Source: Bacteroidota bacterium
GTDB taxonomy: Bacteria > Bacteroidota > Bacteroidia > JABEUT01
Assembly (NCBI GenBank): GCA_021823405.1
Contig: JAKAOA010000003.1
Coordinates: 1 to 60,139 of the forward strand
Direction of reading: 5' to 3'
Length of the DNA: 60,139 nt
The notes below the pieces were generated by a model. That model saw only the letters and a program-made list of their open reading frames with translations, ran no database searches and was not told where the DNA came from. Within the stretch, counting starts at the first letter, position 1, and each line of letters opens with the position of its first letter. Position numbers and translations under genes: made by a program. Shown piece by piece: positions 49,303 through 59,527 of the stretch.

Positions 49303-50292
49303 TTGCAAATATACTTTAACTTAATGAATATAAAGTTACCGGGGCGACCGGCTCCTTTTTCAATGTTAGGCGCAGGTAGGCAATTTGCAATACTAATGTC
49401 CTTTTTTTTGACGGGATTGGTCTTGTTTAGTATTGTCGGAGTGTTGTGCATTGTCTGGATAGGTCATGTGAGCATTTACGATATACAAGGGATGAATGAT
49501 TATAGTAACCCTGCCCTGGTTCTTGGCTTAAAGGTAGCGCAGATAATTAGCTCGGTGGGCACCTTTATCCTGCCGGCTTTGGCATTCGCTTTTTTTGTAT
49601 CTGACAGTCCTGCCGGCTACTTGCAGATTGACAGATTTGGCAATGTAGCGGTTATGCTGCTCGGCGGGTTGCTTATGTGGTGCGCCGTTCCTCTTATCAA
49701 CTATCTTGCCGCGCTGAACAGTCATTTGAGTTTGCCCTCTTTTATGAGCAGTATAGAGCAGTGGATGAAGGATTCAGAACAGAAGGCGGATGCTCTTACC
49801 AATGCCTTTATGGAACATCAGACCATATCAGGGCTTATACTTAATCTGTTTATGATAGGTTTGCTGGCGGCATTTTGCGAAGAGTTGTTTTTCAGGGCAA
49901 CCCTGCAAAAAATCATGATTCAGTGGACCAGGAATGTTCATGCGGGAATATGGATTACCGGCGCTCTGTTCAGTTTTCTCCATTTTGAGTTTTACGGCTT
50001 TCTGCCGCGAATGCTTATGGGAGTATATCTTGGCTATCTTTTCTTATGGTCTGAATCGCTGTGGGTTTCCGTTTTTGCCCACTTTTTGAACAATGCAACG
50101 GCGGTGGTATTCGCCTTTTTTGAAGAACGAACCATCGTTCCGAAAGACAGTGACCAGATTGGTTCCGATTCATCGCAGGTGGTATATGTGCTTATAAGTT
50201 CAGTTCTTGTCGCATTGCTGCTCCTCCTTATTTACAGGATAGGGAACAATAGGAAAAAGGCGGAAATAGCGGAATTCACTCCTCAAGAATAA
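49303..50292 (+). CDS. CPBP (CAAX) family intramembrane metalloprotease.
   Basis: EELFFRATLQ; FLHFEF; AHFLNN. The start is possibly the Met at 49324. Confidence 0.88.
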   Translation: MQIYFNLMNIKLPGRPAPFSMLGAGRQFAILMSFFLTGLVLFSIVGVLCIVWIGHVSIYDIQGMNDYSNPALVLGLKVAQIISSVGTFILPALAFAFFVSDSPAGYLQIDRFGNVAVMLLGGLLMWCAVPLINYLAALNSHLSLPSFMSSIEQWMKDSEQKADALTNAFMEHQTISGLILNLFMIGLLAAFCEELFFRATLQKIMIQWTRNVHAGIWITGALFSFLHFEFYGFLPRMLMGVYLGYLFLWSESLWVSVFAHFLNNATAVVFAFFEERTIVPKDSDQIGSDSSQVVYVLISSVLVALLLLLIYRIGNNRKKAEIAEFTPQE

Positions 50293-50330
50293 TTTTTTAC
50301 CCATAAGTTATTTTGTAGTTAATTTATTAT

Positions 50331-50338
50331 TATTTTTG
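50331..50338 (+). promoter_or_regulatory. TAnnTTTG -7 box ahead of the cobalamin riboswitch.
   Basis: TATTTTTG lies immediately 5' of the riboswitch P1 region. Confidence 0.45.
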
Positions 50339-50339
50339 C

Positions 50340-50512
50340 CCCGCAATGGTTCCGCCGTTGGCGGATTAAAAGGGAATCGGGTGAAAGTCCCGGACAGTTC
50401 CCGCTGCTGTGAGCTCTTAAATAGGTTTTTTGGACATAGTAAGCCACTGACCGCAACTTTGCGGAATGGGAAGGCGCCAAAAACAGAGCGAGTCAGAAGA
50501 CCTGCCAAAGCG
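50340..50512 (+). promoter_or_regulatory. Cobalamin (B12) riboswitch.
   Basis: Core AAAAGGGAAUCGGGUGAAAGUCCCGGACAGUUCCCGCUGCUGU (50369-50410), and B12 box AGUCAGAAGACCUGCC at 50491-50506. Confidence 0.9.
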
Positions 50513-50608
50513 AAATAATAATTCAATGCTTCGGGAGAAAGCGGAGAGTGAATAAACTCGGGATTTATTCCTTTCCTGTTTGTCCCACAAAGTTAAAAAC
50601 TCAATAAT

Positions 50609-51937
50609 ATGAAACAAGATTTCAAATGGACATTATTCAATGTCGGCAAACGCTTTTTTACCATTCCGTTAACCCTATCATTACTTATCGGAACAACATC
50701 GGTAAAACTTCATGCGCAAGCGTACAAACTGAATCAGGTAATAGTGCTGAACGACGGCAACCGGCTGAATGTAAACAACGGAAGCTACGCCACTATCGGC
50801 AGTTATAATCCCGCTACCAAAGTGTATCAGGATTTTGATGTGATACGGGCGAATTTCGGCTGTTGCGTTATTATTGACAGCGGATTTATCTATGCCGCAG
50901 TCGATTCACTGCTTATTAAGTATAACCTGAACACAAAAGCGAGGTTATTGACGCAAACTGTTGTCGGCATCCGCGAGATAGCTGTGTGGGGCAATCAGAT
51001 TCTTGTTACACGCGGAACAACATTCCCACTCAAGTCATATTTTCAGGTATATGACAAGCATACGCTGAACCTTTTATATCAGGACACCACGGTAAGCCAC
51101 GCCTCGCAGGGAATAAAGGTACTCGGCGATTCCGCCTATATCGCTATTAATGATTTCGGCTCCGGCAGCATGGGCAATTTAGGAGTAATTGACCTGAAAG
51201 CCCAAAAGGAAAAACACGAAGTAAATTTAGGTCCTTCGGGTTTGAACCCCTATGATGTAGAAGTTGACCCGTTGAACAAGAAGATATATACCGTGAACGA
51301 CCTGACATTCTCCAATTCTACCGTTACCAAGTATGATGCACCTACGGTAACCTTTACCAATACATCGCTTAATCTTACGGCAAGTTGCACCGGCTCAACC
51401 TATTATATAGGCAATGTTTATTTTCAGGCGGGTAACGACTATAACATCGGCGAGTTCAGCACCTCATCCCTGTCTGTATGGGATTCGCTGAAGATTAAGA
51501 AGTACGTATATGGATTAAGCATTGATTCGGCGGATGGGTATGTTTATGTCGGCCAGACGGACTATGTGTCATACGGAAAAGTTTTTGTTTATAACCTTTT
51601 CGGTCAGGCGGTCGATTCATTTCAGGTAGATGTCGGTCCCGGTAATTTTGCCTTTGATATAAGCTCGGTTAATGCAGTTCCCGAAACCAATATTTCTATC
51701 GGATTGTCGGCTTATCCGAACCCCGCCGTAAATGAGATATATGTTAAATGTACCGACACCTATAATGAACGCGCAACCCTTTCGCTCATAGATGTATTGG
51801 GAAGAACCGTTTACCAAACCTTTTTCAATACCGGTTCTCCTCTTACAATACCTCTCAACGGTATCCCAAGCGGGGTATATTTTATAAAAGTGGAAACGGC
51901 AAACAGTTCGGTAGTAAAACAAATTGTTAAGCAGTAA
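50609..51937 (+). CDS. Beta-propeller (YVTN/YncE-like) surface protein with a T9SS C-terminal sorting domain. First gene after the B12 riboswitch.
   Basis: Signal peptide ...VKLHAQA. Propeller-like repeats, for example DVEVDPLNKKIYTVND. C-terminus YPNPAVNEIYV...GVYFIKVE...VVKQIVKQ. Confidence 0.8.
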   Translation: MKQDFKWTLFNVGKRFFTIPLTLSLLIGTTSVKLHAQAYKLNQVIVLNDGNRLNVNNGSYATIGSYNPATKVYQDFDVIRANFGCCVIIDSGFIYAAVDSLLIKYNLNTKARLLTQTVVGIREIAVWGNQILVTRGTTFPLKSYFQVYDKHTLNLLYQDTTVSHASQGIKVLGDSAYIAINDFGSGSMGNLGVIDLKAQKEKHEVNLGPSGLNPYDVEVDPLNKKIYTVNDLTFSNSTVTKYDAPTVTFTNTSLNLTASCTGSTYYIGNVYFQAGNDYNIGEFSTSSLSVWDSLKIKKYVYGLSIDSADGYVYVGQTDYVSYGKVFVYNLFGQAVDSFQVDVGPGNFAFDISSVNAVPETNISIGLSAYPNPAVNEIYVKCTDTYNERATLSLIDVLGRTVYQTFFNTGSPLTIPLNGIPSGVYFIKVETANSSVVKQIVKQ

Positions 51938-52007
51938 TCATAGAATATAGAACTATTTTGCCTGAATTTAAAGAACAAGTTTAGGCGGAAACTAAAAACA
52001 CATCAAT

Positions 52008-52580
52008 ATGAAAACAGATAAAGTCAATGTTCGAACCGGCGTAATCACACTTACAGTATTAGCCGCAGCGTTCAGCCGCCTTATTCCGCATCCGTGGAAC
52101 TTTACAGCAATAGGCGCCACCGCTCTCTTTGGAGCAGCTTATTATTCCAATCGCTTACTGGCGCTCTCTATTCCGTTGCTCGCCCTCTGGCTTAGCGATC
52201 TGGTAATGAACAACACCATATATTCAGGGTTCAATAACCATTCACTGTGGCTCTTTCCAAGCAGTTTTCCCTGGGATTACGCCGCCTTCTTATTAGTTGG
52301 CGTTACCGGTATGGGATTACTTAAAAAGATAAATCTTACAAGGGTAATAGGCGCAAGCGTTACCGCCTCCGTTGTTTTCTTCCTCGCATCAAATTTCGGA
52401 TGCTGGCTGGGCAGCGCATTATATCCACATAGTTTAGGAGGGCTTATGCTTTGCTACGGGGCAGGAATACCATTTTTCTGGAATTCTGTTGCCGGTGACC
52501 TCTTTTATTGCGGAATATTGTTCGGTGCGTTTGAACTGGCTAAGTTTAAATTCCAAGTTCTGGGGAAGACATCTGTTTGA
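52008..52580 (+). CDS. Small polytopic membrane protein. Candidate corrinoid-related transporter component based on context only.
   Basis: Five to six TM segments and an RLIPHPWNFTAIGA motif. It lies in the riboswitch-controlled gene string. Confidence 0.65.
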   Translation: MKTDKVNVRTGVITLTVLAAAFSRLIPHPWNFTAIGATALFGAAYYSNRLLALSIPLLALWLSDLVMNNTIYSGFNNHSLWLFPSSFPWDYAAFLLVGVTGMGLLKKINLTRVIGASVTASVVFFLASNFGCWLGSALYPHSLGGLMLCYGAGIPFFWNSVAGDLFYCGILFGAFELAKFKFQVLGKTSV

Positions 52581-53269
52581 TGAGAACAACACTTCCAAGA
52601 ACTGCGGTTCTATGGACTGGCGGAAAGGACTGTAATCTTGCATTGTATGAAGCAAAAGTTTCCGGCTATCCTGTTTTTATGCTGGTAACTTTTATCATGA
52701 GTAAAAGTAAATTTAAAGCCCACCCTATAAGGTTAATGAAACTTCAATCTGAATCTCTTGGCATACAACATATATCTATTCCTATATCAACGCCATATAA
52801 AGATAATTATGAGAAGGCAATTAGAAAACTAAATAAGGAATATGGCATTGAAACGCTTGTAACAGGCGATATAGCCGAAGTAAACGGCAACACCAATTGG
52901 ATTACCGAACGGTGTAAGCCGATGGGGGTTAAGGTCATCCTGCCCCTTTGGCATCGTGATAGAGAAGATATTTTGAACCAACTGTTCACGCTGAATTATA
53001 AAGTAATTTTTACCTTTGTAAAGCAACCTTGGTTTGATGCTTCATGGCTTGGAACAGTACTCAATGATGGGACACAAAAGAAGTTTCGCAACATTAAGAA
53101 TCTTGACCACTGCGGCGAGCAGGGCGAATATCACACCATGACGCTGGATGGACCCGGTTACCGCAAAGCAATAAGCATTGATGCTTATTCAACCTGCACG
53201 GAAAATGGGGTAAGTTATATGAATTATCATAAAACTTCATTTAAGAAAAAGCTCTTGGAACATCTTTAA
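52580..53269 (+). CDS. PP-loop ATP pyrophosphatase, Dph6/MJ0570-like.
   Basis: AVLWTGGKDCNLAL is an SGGKDS-type PP-loop variant. GEQGEYHT near the C-terminus. The ATG overlaps the upstream stop (TGATG). Confidence 0.7.
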   Translation: MRTTLPRTAVLWTGGKDCNLALYEAKVSGYPVFMLVTFIMSKSKFKAHPIRLMKLQSESLGIQHISIPISTPYKDNYEKAIRKLNKEYGIETLVTGDIAEVNGNTNWITERCKPMGVKVILPLWHRDREDILNQLFTLNYKVIFTFVKQPWFDASWLGTVLNDGTQKKFRNIKNLDHCGEQGEYHTMTLDGPGYRKAISIDAYSTCTENGVSYMNYHKTSFKKKLLEHL

Positions 53270-53293
53270 AATTGCATCTTACATAAATATGAT

Positions 53294-54223
53294 ATGAAGG
53301 TCTGTTCGTTTCTCCCCGCTGCTACAAGTATGATTTACCAGATGGGGCTGGAGCAATACCTTTATGGCGTTACGTTTGAGTGCCATTCCGATAAACCAAA
53401 AGTAGTCAGGTCGCATTTGGAAGGCAACTGCTATTCCAGCATGGAGATAGAAAAGATAGTATCCGATGCAGCTAAAGCAGGCAGACCCCTCTACTATATA
53501 GACGAGGAACTCTTACAGAAAATCGAACCTGATGTAATCTTTACACAGGACGTTTGCGAAGTATGTCAGATAAGCACAAGCGTTGTTCAGCGCGCATTAC
53601 ATAAACTGAAGAAGCAGCCGCTGGTGGTTCCTTTAACCCCGCGGAACCTAAGCGATGTCTATCTGAACGCCCTCACCGTAGCCCAGACACTGGGTAAAGA
53701 AGAAGCGGCTTACTCACTTCTCGCCTCACTGGAGCAGCGCACAGACAGAATTATTGATACACTCCGGCAGCATAAAGCGCCTTTGAAGCGGGTAATGCTG
53801 ATGGAATGGCTGGACCCCATATACAATTGCGGTCATTGGATACCTTACCAGATAGCGCAGGCAGGCGGCGTGGACATGCTTTCTAATCCTTCAGGTTATT
53901 CCGTTATTACTCCATGGGAAAAGGTCAGGAATTACAATCCGGAGGTTTTGATTATCGCCCCATGCGGATTTACCATTGAACGTACCGTTAAAGAAATCGG
54001 AAAACTATACAAACAGGAGGACTGGGAGAACTTGCAGGCGGTAAAAAACAATAAGGTATTTATTGCCAATGCCGATTTATTTACCTGTCCGAGCGCCCGA
54101 TTAGTGGATGGAATTGAACTGCTTGCATCATTGCTTCATCCTGATATATTCGCTATTGATAGGAAGTTTAAGGATAGGTACATGTCGTTAGAGCGCATCA
54201 AAAGGGTTTATGCCGGCAGTTAA
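53294..54223 (+). CDS. BtuF-like cobalamin/siderophore-type binding protein (class 8 PBP fold) lacking a signal peptide.
   Basis: MKVCSFLPAATSMIYQMGL...L.GVT.EC; DVIFTQDVCEVCQ. There is no N-terminal hydrophobic leader. Confidence 0.7.
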   Translation: MKVCSFLPAATSMIYQMGLEQYLYGVTFECHSDKPKVVRSHLEGNCYSSMEIEKIVSDAAKAGRPLYYIDEELLQKIEPDVIFTQDVCEVCQISTSVVQRALHKLKKQPLVVPLTPRNLSDVYLNALTVAQTLGKEEAAYSLLASLEQRTDRIIDTLRQHKAPLKRVMLMEWLDPIYNCGHWIPYQIAQAGGVDMLSNPSGYSVITPWEKVRNYNPEVLIIAPCGFTIERTVKEIGKLYKQEDWENLQAVKNNKVFIANADLFTCPSARLVDGIELLASLLHPDIFAIDRKFKDRYMSLERIKRVYAGS

Positions 54224-54252
54224 AAAATTGACATAAAAAAAGGCAAGGTGAG

Positions 54253-54900
54253 ATGGTTATTCCTGAAGTTTCAATAGTTATGGCGGTTTTTAACCGCGAT
54301 TTCCGGTTGGTGGAACGGGCGCTGAACTCGGTTCTGGGACAGGATTTCAAGAGTACCGAGATAATTATTGCCGATGACGGAAGCACGCTTGCGCTCGGTG
54401 AGAAATTATTGGAATATGCGATTCGCAATGAATCAAATATAACCTACCTGCGCCATGCCAACATCGGTCAGGCGGATTCCGTAAACCAGGCGGTAGCCAT
54501 AAGCAAGGCGCGTTATATCGGATTGATAGATTCGGATGACGAATACAAACCCAACCATATTTCACAATGTCTGAAGAGCATCAGCGCGGGTAGCGACCTG
54601 ATTGCCTCCATACCCGAAATAGCAGCTAATAAGCCGGAGGATTATTATGTACCCGATAAGTATGATTTGCATAAAGACATACACATAGATGATTGCATCA
54701 TCTTCGGCACCCTGTTCGGGAAGCGCGAGGTATTTACTGATATAGGATTTAAGAATATCTATTCCCTCGACTCCGATTTTTATGAAAGAGCGGGCAAAAG
54801 GTACAAAACGTTAAAAGTACCTCTGAAAACCTATAAATATTACTCCGGCTCCGAAGACGGTATTACGGCAAAGCACAGGCGGCTGCGAAATATATCTTAA
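54253..54900 (+). CDS. Glycosyltransferase family 2 (short).
   Basis: VSIVMAVFN; IIIADDGS; LIDSDDE. Confidence 0.8.
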   Translation: MVIPEVSIVMAVFNRDFRLVERALNSVLGQDFKSTEIIIADDGSTLALGEKLLEYAIRNESNITYLRHANIGQADSVNQAVAISKARYIGLIDSDDEYKPNHISQCLKSISAGSDLIASIPEIAANKPEDYYVPDKYDLHKDIHIDDCIIFGTLFGKREVFTDIGFKNIYSLDSDFYERAGKRYKTLKVPLKTYKYYSGSEDGITAKHRRLRNIS

Positions 54901-54912
54901 ATTTGTCCGGTT

Positions 54913-55338
54913 ATGGCAGAAGAACAGAAAACAACCCGCCCGATACGCGTACTGGTGGCAAAGGTAGGACTGGACGGACATGACCGCGGTGCAAAGGTGA
55001 TCGCCTCATTTTTGAGGAATGCCGGAATGGAGGTGATTTACACCGGTTTGCACCAAACGCCGGAAAGTGTTGTAAATACCGCTCTACAGGAGGATGTGGA
55101 CGCAATAGGGATAAGCATCCTTTCAGGAGCTCATTTAACCGTATTCCCGAAGATATTGAAACTGATGAAGGAAAAGGGATTAAATGATGTGCTACTAACC
55201 GGCGGAGGCATAGTACCCGAAAAAGATGCCGATAATTTGCGGAAGATGGGCGTTGGTAAGTTGTTCGCTCCCGGAACCGATACCCGGGAAATAGTAGAAT
55301 ATATCCAAAAATGGGTAAAAGAAAACAGGAAGTTGTAA
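54913..55338 (+). CDS. Stand-alone cobalamin-binding domain protein (methylmalonyl-CoA mutase small/C-terminal domain type).
   Basis: [20 protein letters not shown] contains the DxHxxG B12 motif. GISILSGAH; GGG.IP. Confidence 0.88.
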   Translation: MAEEQKTTRPIRVLVAKVGLDGHDRGAKVIASFLRNAGMEVIYTGLHQTPESVVNTALQEDVDAIGISILSGAHLTVFPKILKLMKEKGLNDVLLTGGGIVPEKDADNLRKMGVGKLFAPGTDTREIVEYIQKWVKENRKL

Positions 55339-55348
55339 TTACGCCTAT

Positions 55349-56122
55349 ATGAACACATACGCAAATCTTAAAGTCGGTATCGAGAACGGTATCTGCACCA
55401 TTACCATCAATCGCCCCGACAAGCTGAATGCCCTGAACCGCGATACGGTACAGGAGATTGGTGCAGCCATAGCTGAAGCGCGGAAAGACAGGTCGGTCTA
55501 TGGCATTATCCTTACCGGCGAAGGGCAGAAAGCATTCGCCGCCGGAGCCGATATTAAGGAATTTATAGGGCTGACCCTTGAACAAGGAAAGGCAATGGCG
55601 AAAGCGGGGCAGGATGTTTTCAGAAGCATTGAAGATTGCCCTAAACCTGTAATAGCCGCCGTGAACGGTTTTGCCCTCGGAGGCGGCTGCGAACTGGCGA
55701 TGGCTTGTCATGTAAGGGTGGCTGCTGTTAATGCAAAATTCGGTCAGCCGGAGGTAAACCTCGGATTGATACCCGGCTATGGCGGCACACAGCGACTTAT
55801 CCGTTACATAGGCAGAGCTAAAGCGTTGGAACTGATGATGACTGCCGAAATGCTGAAAGCAGAAGATGCCCTACGGCTCGGTTTGGTGAACTACGTTGTT
55901 CCGCAGGAACAGTTATACCCCAAATGTTTGGAATTACTTAATGAGATAAAAACCAAATCGCCATTCGCAATAGGAGCCGTAATAAGAGCCGCCAACGCAT
56001 ACACCGGCGCATCCAATGGATATGATACGGAATTGGACGAATTCGGTAAATGTTTTGCTTCAGAAGAAATAAAGGAAGGGATTAATGCGTTTTTAGAGAA
56101 AAGAAAACCGCAGTTTAATTAA
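55349..56122 (+). CDS. Enoyl-CoA hydratase / crotonase family protein.
   Basis: INRPDKLNALN; AAGADIKEF; NGFALGGGCELAMACH. Confidence 0.9.
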   Translation: MNTYANLKVGIENGICTITINRPDKLNALNRDTVQEIGAAIAEARKDRSVYGIILTGEGQKAFAAGADIKEFIGLTLEQGKAMAKAGQDVFRSIEDCPKPVIAAVNGFALGGGCELAMACHVRVAAVNAKFGQPEVNLGLIPGYGGTQRLIRYIGRAKALELMMTAEMLKAEDALRLGLVNYVVPQEQLYPKCLELLNEIKTKSPFAIGAVIRAANAYTGASNGYDTELDEFGKCFASEEIKEGINAFLEKRKPQFN

Positions 56123-56131
56123 TTATTACAC

Positions 56132-57646
56132 TTGAAACCACTCAAGGATTTAGCCGGTCAAACCACAGTATATGGGCTTCCGAGCATTGTGGGTAGGTCC
56201 TTGAGCTACCTGCTTGTTCCGCTCTATACTTACACCTTTGCCACCGGTGAATACGGTAAGATAACATATATCTACGCCTACATTTCTTTTATCAATATCA
56301 TCTTGACATACGGTATGGAAACCTCTCTTTTCAATTTTTCCCGATTGGAGGAGAACAAAAAGAAAGTATACAGCACCATACTATTATCCGTAAGCGCAAG
56401 TTCCGCATTTTTTTTAATCGTTTTCTATTTATTCCGTCAACCTATTGCGAACTTCGCCCTTATCGGAAACCATCCGGAATATATAACATGGCTGGCGCTT
56501 ATTTTATGCAGTGATGCGGTTTCGGCAATAGTGTTTGCCAAATTAAGGCAGCTGAATAAAGCGCGCATCTTTGCAATTATTAAAACCCTGAATATTCTTA
56601 TTTATATCTCCTGCAATCTGTTTTTTATTTTGCTTTGCCCTGCTGTTTGTAAGAACCCCGATGGATTTTTATCCCCGTTTATTCATGCTGTTTATAATCC
56701 CTCCATAGGCATTGGATACATTCTTATTTCAAATATTATTGCCAGTTTGCTCACCCTGCTAATGTTATCGCCTTTCATGGTCATGGCAGGTTTCGAGTTC
56801 GACTCCGCTCTGTGGAAACGGATTTTACCTTACGCCATGCCGCTTATCGTAGCGGGGCTTGCCGGTATGGTGAACGAAACCCTCGACCGCGTTTTATTGC
56901 AGTATTTATTACCCGCCGAGGTGCATTGGCAACAGGGTGGAATTTACAGTGCCTGCTATAAGTTATCTATCATTATTACCATGTTCGTTCAGGCGTTCAA
57001 ATACGCCGCAGAGCCATATTTCTTCGCCAACGCGCACGAAAAGGATTTTCATAAGACATACGCCGACATTGTCAAATACTTTGTAATAGGTTGTCTGTTC
57101 ATTTCGCTGGGAACTCTTGCCAATCTTTCATGGTTGAAACACTTTGTTGGTCCGGCATACTGGAGCGGGATTAAGATTGTGCCTATCCTGCTGTTGGCTA
57201 ATGTATGTCTTGGCGTATTTTATACGCTGTCCATCTGGTATAAATTGATTCATAAGACAATCTATGGCGCAATTCTTACATTCTTTGGCGCCGCTATTAC
57301 CATCGCCCTGAATGTATATTGGATTCCAAAAATTGGCTATATGGGTTCGGCGTGGGCAACCCTTATCTGTTATGCCGCCTGCATGATAGCATGTTACCTC
57401 TGGAGCAGAAAATACTTCCCCGTTAAGTTTGACCTTACGCGTATTGGTATTTACTTCGCCTTATCCTTAATTTTGTACTTCTTGAGCGTCCGGATAGTTT
57501 TAGATTCTAAATTATTATCATTGATTGTAAATAACAGCTTAATCCTTATCTTCGTGGCTGTTGTTTTCTTTATGGAAAAACCAACCTTTGCACTGCTGGA
57601 CGAATTAAAAATAAAACGAAAAGATGAAAGTGAAAATTGTAAATAA
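56132..57646 (+). CDS. Polysaccharide biosynthesis / oligosaccharide flippase (MOP/Wzx-like) protein.
   Basis: About 14 TM segments and an N-terminal ...[20 protein letters not shown]. The start is TTG according to the ORF track. Confidence 0.8.
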   Translation: MKPLKDLAGQTTVYGLPSIVGRSLSYLLVPLYTYTFATGEYGKITYIYAYISFINIILTYGMETSLFNFSRLEENKKKVYSTILLSVSASSAFFLIVFYLFRQPIANFALIGNHPEYITWLALILCSDAVSAIVFAKLRQLNKARIFAIIKTLNILIYISCNLFFILLCPAVCKNPDGFLSPFIHAVYNPSIGIGYILISNIIASLLTLLMLSPFMVMAGFEFDSALWKRILPYAMPLIVAGLAGMVNETLDRVLLQYLLPAEVHWQQGGIYSACYKLSIIITMFVQAFKYAAEPYFFANAHEKDFHKTYADIVKYFVIGCLFISLGTLANLSWLKHFVGPAYWSGIKIVPILLLANVCLGVFYTLSIWYKLIHKTIYGAILTFFGAAITIALNVYWIPKIGYMGSAWATLICYAACMIACYLWSRKYFPVKFDLTRIGIYFALSLILYFLSVRIVLDSKLLSLIVNNSLILIFVAVVFFMEKPTFALLDELKIKRKDESENCK

Positions 57647-58058
57647 ATCGAAGCATACCCTGCCCGAATATGCCACCGAGGAATCAGCCGGCTTTGATGT
57701 GCGTGCGAATATCGATTCTCCAATCATTTTAAAACCAATGGAACGAACATTGGTGCCTACCGGATTGTTTATTGAACTGCCTGAAGGATATGAAGCGCAG
57801 GTGCGTCCCCGCAGCGGACTCGCTCTGAAACACGGTATCACTGTGCTCAACTCTCCCGGCACAATCGATGCCGATTACAGGGGTGAGCTGAAGGTAATAC
57901 TAATCAACCTCTCCAATGAAGTATTTACTGTTAACGACAGCGAGCGCATCGCCCAGGTGATTGTAGCAAAACACGAACGTGTGCAATGGCAAGAAACCGA
58001 ACAGTTGCAGGAAACCAACAGAGGCAGCGGCGGGTTCGGACATACGGGAAAGAAATAG
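57624..58058 (+). CDS. dut: dUTP diphosphatase.
   Basis: AGFDVRA; [11 protein letters not shown]; [11 protein letters not shown]; [10 protein letters not shown]. Confidence 0.96.
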   Translation: MKVKIVNKSKHTLPEYATEESAGFDVRANIDSPIILKPMERTLVPTGLFIELPEGYEAQVRPRSGLALKHGITVLNSPGTIDADYRGELKVILINLSNEVFTVNDSERIAQVIVAKHERVQWQETEQLQETNRGSGGFGHTGKK

Positions 58059-58086
58059 CTATAAACTATGAACTAATAGCTGATAA

Positions 58087-59526
58087 ATGCAATTTAATTC
58101 CCGCCTCGAATACTTTGAGTGGGTAGCTAAAAAGCGCCCCGATAAAAGGAAAGCCCATTCCTATTACTGGAAAGACATAACATACTTCTGCAACTATTTT
58201 GCGCACGACGACCTCTCTGTTCTCGAAGTGGGTTGCGGTACGGGTGAACTGATAGGCAGGATAAAAGGAAAACGTAAAACAGCCATTGATTTCAGCCCTT
58301 CCATGATTGAGCTGGCGAAGAAAAATTTCCCCGACATTGAATTTTATTGCATGGATGCTGAAAACATCACCCTGAACGGGCAATACGATCTCATCCTGCT
58401 TTCCAACGTAATAGGTCATCTTGAGGATGTTCAGAAAGCTCTATCCGGTTTGCAGAAACTATGTCATCCGCGCACCAAAATCATCGTAACGTATTATAAT
58501 TATTTGTGGGAGCCGGTTCTGAAATTTGCCGAGTGGCTGCGGCTTAAAACCCCTACCGACAGGCAAAATTGGTTGAGCTTGAAGGATATTAATAATCTGA
58601 TGTATTTAGCCGGCTTCGATGTGTATCGTAATGTACGGCGGATGATTGTTCCGTTTCGCCTGTTAGTCATTTCGCCGCTTTTCAATGGATTTATTGCCAA
58701 GATGCCATTTTTCAGGCATTTTTGCATAAACCAGTACGCTTTTGCTAAACCATTGCCCGATGAAACGCCTGAATTGAAGGATGTACGCCAAAGTAATTCC
58801 GGCAAATATTCGGTATCGGTTGTTATACCTGCGCGAAATGAAAGCGGCAACATTGAAAACGCAATAAAGCGGCTTCCGGCGCTCGGCAGCCATACCGAAA
58901 TAATTTTCGTGGAAGGACATTCAACTGACAATACATGGCAGACCATTTTAGATGTAGAGAAGAAATATGCCGCAACCCATTCCATAAAAGCCATACGGCA
59001 AAGCGGTAAAGGGAAAGCGGATGCCGTAAGGGCTGGTTTTGACATTGCCTCCGGTGATATCCTGATGATTCTGGATGCCGACCTTACCGTACCGCCCGAA
59101 GACCTTGTGAAATTCTACAATGCCATTGTCTCCGGAAAAGGTGATTTTATCAATGGCTCACGGCTCGTTTATCCTATGGAAAAGCAGGCAATGCGTTTTT
59201 TAAACCTGTTGGGCAACAAATTTTTCAGCGCACTATTTTCCTGGCTGCTCGACCGTCCGTTTAAAGACACCCTTTGCGGCACAAAGGTTATTTTCCGGGA
59301 TGACTACAAACGGCTTATAGCTAACCGCTCTTTTTTCGGCGACTTTGACCCTTTCGGCGACTTCGACCTGATATTCGGCGCTCATAAACTGAACCTGAAA
59401 ATAGTTGAAGTGCCTGTGCGTTACCGGGAAAGAACCTACGGAACTACTAACATCTCGCGGTTTAAACACGGTTTCCTGCTACTTAAAATGTGCCTTTTTG
59501 CAGCAAGGAAAATAAAATTTGTGTGA
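58087..59526 (+). CDS. Fusion protein: class I SAM-dependent methyltransferase plus family 2 glycosyltransferase.
   Basis: N-terminal VLEVGCGTGEL (SAM motif I). C-terminal half SVVIPARNESGNI ... LDADLT. Confidence 0.85.
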   Translation: MQFNSRLEYFEWVAKKRPDKRKAHSYYWKDITYFCNYFAHDDLSVLEVGCGTGELIGRIKGKRKTAIDFSPSMIELAKKNFPDIEFYCMDAENITLNGQYDLILLSNVIGHLEDVQKALSGLQKLCHPRTKIIVTYYNYLWEPVLKFAEWLRLKTPTDRQNWLSLKDINNLMYLAGFDVYRNVRRMIVPFRLLVISPLFNGFIAKMPFFRHFCINQYAFAKPLPDETPELKDVRQSNSGKYSVSVVIPARNESGNIENAIKRLPALGSHTEIIFVEGHSTDNTWQTILDVEKKYAATHSIKAIRQSGKGKADAVRAGFDIASGDILMILDADLTVPPEDLVKFYNAIVSGKGDFINGSRLVYPMEKQAMRFLNLLGNKFFSALFSWLLDRPFKDTLCGTKVIFRDDYKRLIANRSFFGDFDPFGDFDLIFGAHKLNLKIVEVPVRYRERTYGTTNISRFKHGFLLLKMCLFAARKIKFV

Positions 59527-59527
59527 T

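Noticed and set aside
54911-55711. 266-aa minus-strand ORF.
   Set aside because: It is fully antisense to two well-supported genes (the B12-binding domain protein and the crotonase). Its R/P/G/S-rich composition is typical of a shadow ORF.
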